Assembly: GCA_965140445.1 (NCBI GenBank)
Contig: OZ223236.1
Span: forward strand, 1,824,001 to 1,888,000
From: Candidatus Ozemobacteraceae bacterium
GTDB taxonomy: Bacteria; Muiribacteriota; Ozemobacteria; Ozemobacterales; Ozemobacteraceae
Length of the DNA stretch: 64,000 nt
Reading direction: 5' to 3'
The notes below the pieces were generated by a model, which was not told the DNA's origin, did not search any database, and worked only from the letters and a program-made list of their open reading frames with translations. Shown one piece after another: positions 51,986 through 60,515 of this stretch. Numbering within the stretch: position 1 is the first letter of the stretch; every line of letters starts with the position of its first letter. The position numbers were made by a program, and so were the translations under genes.

Positions 51986-52996
51986 CTATTCGGAGCTTTG
52001 TTCTTTTTCGCGATAATGTATTCGATCATAATGATCCAATACTTGATCCGCATTGGCTGAAGCCGTTCCAACAATGCCTACAACCACGCCGGCTGCCAGA
52101 TTTGCAACCTGTGCCGCTTCGTCCATGGTGCAGCCTGAAGCTAATGCAAGACTAAATGTCGCAATAACAGTATCTCCAGCACCAGTAACATCAAAAACGT
52201 CTACGGCTTGAGTTGGAATGGTAATAGGTGCTTTGCCTTTTTCAAAAAGGCTCATCCCGTGTTCGCTGCGAGTAATAAGTATCGCGTCTGATTGAGTTTG
52301 CTTTAAAAGGTCCATTCCACCCTTTAAAACGTCTTCTTCGGATTCAAAAACGCGGCCTAAAGTTGATTCTGCTTCTTTAGTGTTTGGGGTGATTATGGTA
52401 GGTTTTTTATAGATTCCAAAATTTTTCAACTTGGGATCAATAGCGATAAATTTGCCTTTTTTCCTGAATTTATCTATCAGGTTTTTCAATAAATCTTCAA
52501 CAATTACACCTTTGGCATAATCTGAAATAATAACGCCATCGAGCTCGTCAGACAGGTCCATAATGGCGTCTAAAATTTGCTTTTGTCGCTGATAGTCTAT
52601 TGCTTCTGTGCTTTCTCTATCAATTCTGATCATTTGCTGTTTGTGCCCGATAACGCGGGTTTTCACAGTTGTTCGTCGGCCTGAATCCACGATAAGACCA
52701 GAAGTTCCAATCTTTTGGGCTTCCAGTTCTTCTGATAGTCTTCTACCAGCGCCGTCATCGCCTACAATTCCAAAAATATCAGCTTTGGCACCGAGGGCAA
52801 CAAGGTTTGCAGCAACGTTTGCAGCTGCTCCAGGGCGCCAGGTTTCTTCTTTGATTTGAACCACAGGAACAGGTGCTTCAGGTGAAATGCGATCAACCTT
52901 GCCCCAGTAAAACTCATCTAGCATAACGTCGCCAAGAACAGCAAGACGACATGAAGAAAACTTGCTTAAAATCTTTTTCAATTCTGATCTTTTCAT
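51986..52996 (-). CDS. rfaE1: D-glycero-manno-heptose-7-phosphate kinase (RfaE domain I / HldA)
   Basis: GDVMLD, RISPEAPVPV, SDYAKG, DPK, TPN..E, DVTGAGDT. Confidence 0.95.
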   Translation of the reverse strand: MKRSELKKILSKFSSCRLAVLGDVMLDEFYWGKVDRISPEAPVPVVQIKEETWRPGAAANVAANLVALGAKADIFGIVGDDGAGRRLSEELEAQKIGTSGLIVDSGRRTTVKTRVIGHKQQMIRIDRESTEAIDYQRQKQILDAIMDLSDELDGVIISDYAKGVIVEDLLKNLIDKFRKKGKFIAIDPKLKNFGIYKKPTIITPNTKEAESTLGRVFESEEDVLKGGMDLLKQTQSDAILITRSEHGMSLFEKGKAPITIPTQAVDVFDVTGAGDTVIATFSLALASGCTMDEAAQVANLAAGVVVGIVGTASANADQVLDHYDRIHYREKEQSSE

Positions 52997-53925
52997 TCTT
53001 CAAGTCCTTCCAAAACTGCCATTGAAACAATTGGCAGCATAATTTCGTGGTGTCCTGTTAGATGATAGCCTGCTCCAACTCCTACGCTTGGGCGTTTTAC
53101 CACGTTTGTCATTGATCTGTACTGAATAATCATGTCCATATTTATAGTAGTCATTCCTTGAAGAGTGAATCCAAGGTTATGGGCTCTTGAAACTGCTTTC
53201 AGAAAAACTTCAGGAAGAATTACCGCAGAGCCAAGGTTCCAGTAGACACCGTTTTCGAGTTTTTCAACTTCTTCAGCAAAAATTTCAAAATCTCTAAAGC
53301 TGGTTGAACCAATAGAAGCTCCATCTGCTTCCGGGTGAATGTGAATGAAGTCAGTTCCAATGGCAACGTGACTGGTTATTGGGATATTATTTTTGCCACA
53401 ATTCCAGAGCAAACTTTTTTCCTTGTGAGGAAAAAGGTTCTCGTTGCTTTTCATCCAGGCGTAAAGTGATTGCCCCATTCCTAGACCGCTCTTTGCCCCT
53501 TCTTTAAATGCTTTGCACATCCAGGAACCTGTTTCTTCTACACAGCCAAATCTTCCTTCGGCCAATTCTTTACCAACGTCTTCACTGGTTTCACCAAATG
53601 CCGCCAATTCAAAGTCATGAATTGCGCCTGCGCCATTTAGCGCAATTGAAGTAATGGCTTGTTTTTCTAATAGCTTTATGAGAAAAGGGTTTAAACCGCA
53701 TTTGATTACGTGGGCCCCCATTCCAAGCATAACTGGTCGATTAGCTTTTCTGGCGTTAACAATTGATGAAATAATGTTACGTATTGTTTTGCCAGCATGC
53801 TGCATTGGAAATGAATCTATTAAAGGTTTAATGCTGAAGTTATTTTCTGGAAGTTTGCCAAAATCATTGATTTTGACAAGATTATGTCTTTTCGACATTG
53901 GATACGTATTTATGGGCTTTTTCAT
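52993..53925 (-). CDS. Deoxyhypusine-synthase-like protein of unknown function
   Basis: GAHVIK.G, NGAGAIHDFE, AIGTD..H, GSAVILPEVFLKA, GHHEIM; start ATG 53925 lies downstream of the mapped promoter. Confidence 0.7.
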   Translation of the reverse strand: MKKPINTYPMSKRHNLVKINDFGKLPENNFSIKPLIDSFPMQHAGKTIRNIISSIVNARKANRPVMLGMGAHVIKCGLNPFLIKLLEKQAITSIALNGAGAIHDFELAAFGETSEDVGKELAEGRFGCVEETGSWMCKAFKEGAKSGLGMGQSLYAWMKSNENLFPHKEKSLLWNCGKNNIPITSHVAIGTDFIHIHPEADGASIGSTSFRDFEIFAEEVEKLENGVYWNLGSAVILPEVFLKAVSRAHNLGFTLQGMTTINMDMIIQYRSMTNVVKRPSVGVGAGYHLTGHHEIMLPIVSMAVLEGLEE

Positions 53926-53954
53926 AAGATTGTCCAAGGATTTATAGATGCGGA

Positions 53955-53983
53955 AGTCTAACACTTGGATTTTTTTGCGTCAA
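53955..53983 (-). promoter_or_regulatory. Sigma-70-type promoter for the DHS-like/rfaE1/gmhA/kdsB operon
   Basis: TTGACG-N17-TAGACT with extended -10 TG. Confidence 0.75.
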
Positions 53984-54128
53984 GATTGGATAGAATGTGG
54001 GGATTTTTTTGTATCCTGAAACAATTGGAAAAGCTTCAAAATTTATAAATCTTTCAGTTATATGCTACGTTTGATTAAGAAGAATTTTATCAGCAATATT
54101 CAGAAGCCTCTACAGGGGATCAGGTCAG

Positions 54129-54157
54129 TTGACCATTGGTGGGTAGACTGTTATAGT
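54129..54157 (+). promoter_or_regulatory. Sigma-70-type promoter for the beta-propeller lipoprotein gene
   Basis: TTGACC-N17-TATAGT with extended -10 TG. Confidence 0.78.
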
Positions 54158-54198
54158 GTATGGGCTTTCCTGTTTTAAGACCTACTAGGAGATTACTT

Positions 54199-55293
54199 AT
54201 GAAAAAGACTGCCAGACTTATTAGCCTACTTTTGTTTGTAGCATTTATTGCCACCTTAAATGGTTGTGGCCCTAAAAAAGTTGAAAAGAAGGCTGGACCC
54301 CTTGAGGTGGTTCACTTTAATAAAGCGAAAGCTTTACCAGATGAAAATATTACGGCAATGGCGGCCTTTGGTGGTCAGGTTTGGGCAGGAAGCAAGAATG
54401 GTTTATTTTGTTACGACAGCGTGAATTGGAAAATTCATGTCAAAAAGAATACAAATGTTTTGGGTTCTAACTTGATTGAAAGTCTCAAAGTATCTGATGG
54501 CGTTCTTTGGATTGCTACTGATAATGGTGCTTGCAGGTTTGATGGAAATAGCTGGAGTTCTTTATATACAGGTGGAAGGGCTCGTTCTGTTTCCGGAAAA
54601 GGCAGTGAAGTTGCAATTGCAACCGCTCATGGGGTGGAATACTCTACCGGCGGCGGTTTTCAAGCATACGGAAAGGAAAATGCCGGGCTTGTTTTTGAAG
54701 AAGCTACGGCAATCGGATTTGATGCAAACGGCAAACTCTGGGTTGGAACCCGGGCTGGTATGGCGCGTTTAACTTCCGGGGTTTTTCAAAACTTTACTGG
54801 TCCTCAGAAGTCCGTTATGGGTTCATCATTGGTAGATATTCCTCCAAGCCCATCAAATTGTCAGCTAATTGGAAACAATATAAAGGTTATCCATCCTTAC
54901 AACGGAATGCTCGCAATTGGAACTACCAGTGGCCTTTGTATTACAGACATGGAAGGCACCTGGAGAAATTATTATGCAACTCATAAGGATTGGGCACAAA
55001 GTGCTGGAAAAATAATTCAGCAGACCGTATCTGGAAACAGCCCATTACCTGGAAACAATGTTTTGTCGCTTGCTTCTTCTGAAAATGATGAGCTTCTTTT
55101 TGTAGGAACAAAGAAGGGACTGGCGATTTTGAACGGTAATAGCTGGATTGATACGACAGTCATGCTTAAGGACCTTCCATCTACCTCTATTTATGGCCTG
55201 GCGTATTTGAATGGGGATTTGTGGGTTGGCACTATGAATGGTGTATACCAGGTTAAAAACGTTGCTTCTCTAATTAAGAAAGCGGAAAAGTAA
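54199..55293 (+). CDS. Lipoprotein with Reg_prop-type beta-propeller repeats
   Basis: AGGAGA RBS; lipobox LNGC; repeated LP.N.I..L...lW.GT..GL units. Confidence 0.8.
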   Translation: MKKTARLISLLLFVAFIATLNGCGPKKVEKKAGPLEVVHFNKAKALPDENITAMAAFGGQVWAGSKNGLFCYDSVNWKIHVKKNTNVLGSNLIESLKVSDGVLWIATDNGACRFDGNSWSSLYTGGRARSVSGKGSEVAIATAHGVEYSTGGGFQAYGKENAGLVFEEATAIGFDANGKLWVGTRAGMARLTSGVFQNFTGPQKSVMGSSLVDIPPSPSNCQLIGNNIKVIHPYNGMLAIGTTSGLCITDMEGTWRNYYATHKDWAQSAGKIIQQTVSGNSPLPGNNVLSLASSENDELLFVGTKKGLAILNGNSWIDTTVMLKDLPSTSIYGLAYLNGDLWVGTMNGVYQVKNVASLIKKAEK

Positions 55294-55311
55294 TTAATAA
55301 ATCAGGCAGTT

Positions 55312-55776
55312 ATGGCGTCAATCAAAGTAATCGTAAAAAAAACATTTCCATTTTTGCTTCTGGGAATCCCTGCGTTGTTATTGGGGCAAGAGCAGATAAC
55401 TGATTTTGTAGTAGCCTCATCCGCTGCAATAGATGTCTCAAAAGCTTCTGGCACTTCGCCACTGGAGTTTGTGACTCCTGAAATCAGGTTTGCAATGATG
55501 ACTCTTGGCATGGGAGGGCTAACTGGCTGGGCCGTCGGTTTTACCATGAAGAAGTTTGCAAAGTTAGCTGCTTTATGTGTTGGAATTGGGTTTATTAGTA
55601 TTCAATTTTTAGCTTTTCATAAATTTATAATTATTGACTGGGATAAGATTAAAACCGCCGTTCCGAATGAAAGTCTGCAAAGAACCTGGGTTGAAGCAAT
55701 GTCAATTTTAACTTTTAATCTCCCATTTGCGGGATCCTTTGTTGCTGGTTTTTTTCTAGGTTTTAGAAAAGGTTAA
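55312..55776 (+). CDS. FUN14-family membrane protein
   Basis: LG.GGLTGWAVGF.MKK, QFL....I.IDW, F.AGF.LG. Confidence 0.8.
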   Translation: MASIKVIVKKTFPFLLLGIPALLLGQEQITDFVVASSAAIDVSKASGTSPLEFVTPEIRFAMMTLGMGGLTGWAVGFTMKKFAKLAALCVGIGFISIQFLAFHKFIIIDWDKIKTAVPNESLQRTWVEAMSILTFNLPFAGSFVAGFFLGFRKG

Positions 55777-55809
55777 CCAAAAGATAAATTAGATATTTAA
55801 CAATTAATG

Positions 55810-55841
55810 AAAAAGCCCCAGGCGATATGCCTGGGGCTTTT
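55810..55841. terminator. Bidirectional intrinsic terminator
   Basis: AAAAGCCCCAGGC-GATAT-GCCTGGGGCTTTT. Confidence 0.9.
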
Positions 55842-55858
55842 AATTTTTCACACTTTTT

Positions 55859-56626
55859 TTATTTGGGATAAACCTTCATCAGGTTTTTAATTTCAATAGT
55901 ACCAGAAGAGATATTGGTTCGGTGAGTAATTCCATGAACCACAACTCTTTGATCAACGTAGTCTTTAAGTTTTTCATACCATTCATCTTCTGTGACATCC
56001 AAGCCTTTTGCTTTTCGGCCCATTCGATCTTCTTTTATATAAATTCTTTTATTTTTATGAACAATTTTGCCTCTTACAGTTTCTTCTTGAGTCCAAACCT
56101 GTACTGGTTCTTTTTCTTTTTTGTCACGCTTTCTATTTTTTCTATCACGCTTGCGATTACTTTTTTGTTCTGATTCCGGAAGATACTCATTGGCGTTTTT
56201 TACTTTTGTAACTGATTGAGCTGTCCAGAGCATTACTGGACCACCAATTGCTGATGGTGCTTTTGTTTTTACTTTTTCTTCATCTGCATTCACTTCATAT
56301 TCTGTTGCAACATTTCCCATTAAAACGGCGTTAACAACTGAGCCATAACCAACCTGATTTCTTCGGTTTCTTCTATTTTTTCCAGTTTCTTCTTTTGGGA
56401 GATCAAAGCTGATCCAACTTCCAGTGGCAATTGCCAGAGCGGGGTCGATTTCGCCATTGATGTGCAGAACTCTCATTGATACTCTATTGCGATAAACCGA
56501 CTCGATTTTTCCAATTGCATTTAATTCAATAACTGAAGAATCTGCAGTTATGCCACTGCTTGTTAAAACCGCTATTGTTATAAGTATTAGGGCACAAAGC
56601 CTAGTTGTTTTAGATACTAAATTCAC
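55859..56626 (-). CDS. Hypothetical exported protein with basic linkers (possibly two OB-like domains)
   Basis: GTG 56626 with AGGAG RBS, signal-like N-terminus, Arg/Lys-rich segments. Confidence 0.65.
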   Translation of the reverse strand: MNLVSKTTRLCALILITIAVLTSSGITADSSVIELNAIGKIESVYRNRVSMRVLHINGEIDPALAIATGSWISFDLPKEETGKNRRNRRNQVGYGSVVNAVLMGNVATEYEVNADEEKVKTKAPSAIGGPVMLWTAQSVTKVKNANEYLPESEQKSNRKRDRKNRKRDKKEKEPVQVWTQEETVRGKIVHKNKRIYIKEDRMGRKAKGLDVTEDEWYEKLKDYVDQRVVVHGITHRTNISSGTIEIKNLMKVYPK

Positions 56627-56893
56627 AGTGAAGTCTCCTGAACTCAATTGATGATACCAAGAGTTATACCACAATAAATCTCAACGCGCAAAACTGCAAA
56701 ATAGGAGTTGTTTAAGGAAAACAGAGTTTTTCCTTCATACAGAGATTAAATATCTGTTCCCAAAAAATGCATCCATCGGCTGTATGACATTTTTTGCTGA
56801 CAGGTTTTTGCTGGAGTTGATTGTGAATACTTTTAGGAAGATTTACCTAATGTTTTTAATGCAAATAAATAGCCCTGATGGTATCCTATTTTA

Positions 56894-58165
56894 ATGAACG
56901 GTAACGCTCCATCAAGTCAAGCAATAGAAAAACTGAAGGCCATATTTTTCCTTGGCATGAAGTGTAATCTGGTAACCTTGACTGGCATGGTTATTGTATG
57001 GATTGTTTTAGCCCGAACGGAGTGGGTAACTGGTTTCTGGGAAAATCTATTTACAATAATAGTTTTTGCTCCTGTATTTATGGGCGATGCAATTTGCAGT
57101 TATGGTCTTGGCAGAATAAAGCTGGAGCTTGAAAAACAATGGGACGATGTGCAGATAACTCAAAATGGAAGGGAAGCCGTAAATAAATACTTTTACTTAT
57201 GGCGCGCAATTTCATTTGTGCCAGCCATTTTGTTAGCAGCGGTTATGCTGGTATCTTTTCAATGGCCTGCAGAAAAAGTTCAATTAGTTAAGATTGCTTT
57301 CTTTGTCGGTTTTTCCCTTCATTTTTTAAGAAATACCATGTTTATGCAAAAATATTTTGCCCCAAGAATACCTGGTTTCGGTGGAAAGACTCTTTTTAAG
57401 AGAAGCTTTCTGGTTGCAAGCTTTTTTGCGTTGGCTTATTTATATTTGTGGTTTCGACCACATGCTTCGTTTTCAAAGCTGGAAATTCTATCTGTTGGGA
57501 TTGCATATTTCATAATTTGTGCAATTTTACAGCCTTTGCCTACTAAGTTTTCTTTGTTAAAACCTGGGAGGCGACCAAAAAGAAGGGCTTTCTTTGGCAT
57601 AGAGATTATACCGGAGAGCGAAATTCCCGCTTCTGAGTTAGGAAAAATTACTGAGACTTACGCCTCCTCAGAATCGGAAGAGCAACTTTCGTTCTGTAAT
57701 TTTATCAGGATGCCGTTACTAGAACTTCCATTGTTTCAGGCAAGTGGTCGGTTATGCATGGATTCCAACAAAAAAGCTGTTATTTTATTTCTTTTCTCTG
57801 AAGTCAGAAAAACAGTTCATAGATCAATTGTTTCATGGAAAGGGAATTCCCTTTTTGTAACTACAGACTTTGGCTCACCACAGGCTAAATTTCCAGCAAC
57901 TTTTGATTATAAGGATTATTCAAAAAAATTAGACCTAAAACAGCTACTTGATGAGCACTTCAGAGATGATGCTTTTGATCAAATAGATGAATCTAGCGTT
58001 TATTTAAAACTAGAAGCAGCTGTAAAAGAAATGATTGTTTTCCTGGAAACCGATTCTATAGCAAAAAAAGGTGGAGACATCAGCTCTGCCAATAAAGAAA
58101 AATTAGATACTTCTTCGGATATTGTAAATGGTGAACAAAATGCAAATGAATTACGAACAGACTGA
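56894..58165 (+). CDS. Hypothetical membrane protein (about 6 TM + soluble C-terminal domain)
   Basis: 423 aa ORF, hydrophobic N-terminal half; overlaps the start of the HD-GYP gene. Confidence 0.75.
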   Translation: MNGNAPSSQAIEKLKAIFFLGMKCNLVTLTGMVIVWIVLARTEWVTGFWENLFTIIVFAPVFMGDAICSYGLGRIKLELEKQWDDVQITQNGREAVNKYFYLWRAISFVPAILLAAVMLVSFQWPAEKVQLVKIAFFVGFSLHFLRNTMFMQKYFAPRIPGFGGKTLFKRSFLVASFFALAYLYLWFRPHASFSKLEILSVGIAYFIICAILQPLPTKFSLLKPGRRPKRRAFFGIEIIPESEIPASELGKITETYASSESEEQLSFCNFIRMPLLELPLFQASGRLCMDSNKKAVILFLFSEVRKTVHRSIVSWKGNSLFVTTDFGSPQAKFPATFDYKDYSKKLDLKQLLDEHFRDDAFDQIDESSVYLKLEAAVKEMIVFLETDSIAKKGGDISSANKEKLDTSSDIVNGEQNANELRTD

Positions 58166-60515
58166 ACAGAAAGAGCTTTTTGAGGCCCCCGGGCTGTCTA
58201 TTGGAAAATCAATTAATTGGAAGATCTTTATTTTCCAGCTTGTTATTCTTAGTGCCGTAATTGGAGTAATGTCCTATTTTGAGCTCCTAAGATGGAAAAA
58301 CGTAAGTGATAGTTATGTAAATAAAAAGGTTGTAACCCTTGCAAAAACAATTGAGCCGCATGCTCGAAAACTGCTTGAGGCTGGGGATGTTGAGGGACTG
58401 CAGAGTCTTGCTTTGTCTTTGACCTCTGGGGAAATACCTGACAACGACGTTATCTCTGTTCTGATTCTTGACGCTCAGCATCAAAAACTAGCTGAATCTT
58501 CTCCCCAAATTGTTCAATCTGAGCAAGGTTTTGTTTATCTTCCAGCTACCGTGGTGGCCAGTACAGAAATAAAGGACCAGCAGGGTAAGATGGCAGTTGG
58601 AAACCTTCGAATTTTGTTTTCAAATCGCTTGTTTGAAGTTAAAAGCCGGGAAGTGATCAGGGCTGGAATTATGTTTTTTCTTTGTGGCCTAGTTTTAGTC
58701 GTTTTGTCGACAATATATTTTTCAAAAATCATAATCAGGCCAATCAGACAACTGGTTTCTGTTGCTCGAGACTTGACCAGGGGCAATTTGGAGAAAGTTG
58801 ATGATCTTCCAAACTCAAGCAATGTTGATGATCAGATTAAGGCATTTTATAAGATAAACTTATTATTAAACAATAATCTTGCTGATTTCCGACAAAGAAA
58901 TCGAATTCTTGACGGTAAGGTTTTCGAGCTTGATGCTCTTCAACAGATTGGCAGGTCATTAAGCTCTTTGATGGAGGTCGACAAAGTTTATGAAGCGATT
59001 GTCGATCATACCGTTAACTTTCTTGGCGGAGTTAGGGTATGTAACCTTTTTGAAGTTGACGAAGACAAAAATCAACTAGTTTTAAAAGTTTCAAAAGGGC
59101 TTGAAGCTTCTGATACAGGAACAAAGAAGTTTCAAGCTATTAATGAAGGAATAGAAGGAAAGGTTTTTGCTGGCGGTGAAGCTATTCTTCAAAATCATAT
59201 TATTGATAATTCTGACCATGAATCTTTGCCTGACACAGAAGAAAGTTGTTTATGTGTTCCAATCCGAAATGGCAATAAAATAAGTTGTCTTCTGAGTGTA
59301 AAAAACAGAATTTCTGGCACACTGTTTAATGATGATGACATGCGACTGGTTAAGGGAATTGCAAAAGAATCTGGTGTTGCGTTAAAGAATTCAAGAACAT
59401 ACAAGGATCTTAAGAAGAAAATTTTACAGCTAAATACATTGCATGAAGTGGGAAAAACCCTGGGAGTTGTTCTGGAAATAAATAAGCTCCTGGATCTTGT
59501 TATGGATTTAATTGTAAAAGTTTTGGGAGGCGTAAAAACCTGTTCAGTAATTCTTTATGATGAAGAAACCCAAGCCTTACAGGTAATGCTTTATAAGGGA
59601 AAAACTGGGATTGAAGCTTTACAGCCTATAAAAATTGGTGAAGGGATTGCAGGCAAGGTTTTTGAGAAGGGTGAACCAATCATAATTAATGATCATCTGG
59701 ATGAAGGTGTTTCAGTTGAAGATGATTCTGCGAGCAAAAACAAGGCAACTAGAAGCTCATTATGTGTTCCTTTAAAAGTAAAAGAGAAGCCAATAGGGGT
59801 TTTGTCTGTTTCAGATAAAAAAACTGGAGATCCTTTTGATGAAGGTGACTTGGAGATCCTTGTTACTTTGGCTCATCAAATTGCGGCAACCATTTACAGC
59901 GCCCAACTTTACGAAGATCTTGAAGCCAGCTATCTTTCAGCGGTTAGAGCTCTTGCAAACTCTCTCGATGCAAAAGATGCATATACTAGAGGCCATAGCG
60001 AAAGAGTTGCGCGTTATTCCATGGAAATTGGCCGTGTTATGAATTTAACTACTGACGAAATAAAGACCTTACATATTGGGGCTTTGTTGCATGATATAGG
60101 CAAAATTGGAATTTCAGAGTCAATTATTAACAAGAATTCTCGCTTGACGGATAATGAATTTGAAACGATTAAAACGCACCCCTCACGCGGTGCTTCAATA
60201 ATTGAGCCTGCAAAGTTTTTGAAAGAGAAATTGCCACTAATTAAATACCATCACGAAAGATTTGATGGAAAAGGTTATCCTGATGGTTTAAAGGGAACCG
60301 ATATCCCTTTGCTGGCTAGAATCATTTGCGTGGCAGATTCATATGATGCAATGACTAGCAAGAGGGCTTACAGAGATACAATGCCAAGGATTGAAGCAAG
60401 GAATGAGCTGGTTCGATGTTCCGGCACCCAATTTGATCCAAAAGTTGTAACGGCCTTCTTGGATGTTTTGACGGATGAAAATAAGTTGGAAGCTATTGAG
60501 AAACTGGGGAAATAA
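58128..60515 (+). CDS. Membrane-anchored HAMP-GAF-GAF-HD-GYP cyclic-dinucleotide phosphodiesterase
   Basis: Two TM helices, HAMP (RPIRQL), two GAF repeats (GEGIAGKV...LCVPL), HSERV, HDIGK, HHER.DG.GYP, DSYDAM. Confidence 0.92.
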   Translation: MVNKMQMNYEQTEQKELFEAPGLSIGKSINWKIFIFQLVILSAVIGVMSYFELLRWKNVSDSYVNKKVVTLAKTIEPHARKLLEAGDVEGLQSLALSLTSGEIPDNDVISVLILDAQHQKLAESSPQIVQSEQGFVYLPATVVASTEIKDQQGKMAVGNLRILFSNRLFEVKSREVIRAGIMFFLCGLVLVVLSTIYFSKIIIRPIRQLVSVARDLTRGNLEKVDDLPNSSNVDDQIKAFYKINLLLNNNLADFRQRNRILDGKVFELDALQQIGRSLSSLMEVDKVYEAIVDHTVNFLGGVRVCNLFEVDEDKNQLVLKVSKGLEASDTGTKKFQAINEGIEGKVFAGGEAILQNHIIDNSDHESLPDTEESCLCVPIRNGNKISCLLSVKNRISGTLFNDDDMRLVKGIAKESGVALKNSRTYKDLKKKILQLNTLHEVGKTLGVVLEINKLLDLVMDLIVKVLGGVKTCSVILYDEETQALQVMLYKGKTGIEALQPIKIGEGIAGKVFEKGEPIIINDHLDEGVSVEDDSASKNKATRSSLCVPLKVKEKPIGVLSVSDKKTGDPFDEGDLEILVTLAHQIAATIYSAQLYEDLEASYLSAVRALANSLDAKDAYTRGHSERVARYSMEIGRVMNLTTDEIKTLHIGALLHDIGKIGISESIINKNSRLTDNEFETIKTHPSRGASIIEPAKFLKEKLPLIKYHHERFDGKGYPDGLKGTDIPLLARIICVADSYDAMTSKRAYRDTMPRIEARNELVRCSGTQFDPKVVTAFLDVLTDENKLEAIEKLGK

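Noticed and set aside
56675..56893. c-di-GMP-I (GEMM) riboswitch upstream of the HD-GYP operon
   Set aside because: GCAAA words occur, but the GGCAAAC...GAAA...GACGCAAAG arrangement is absent
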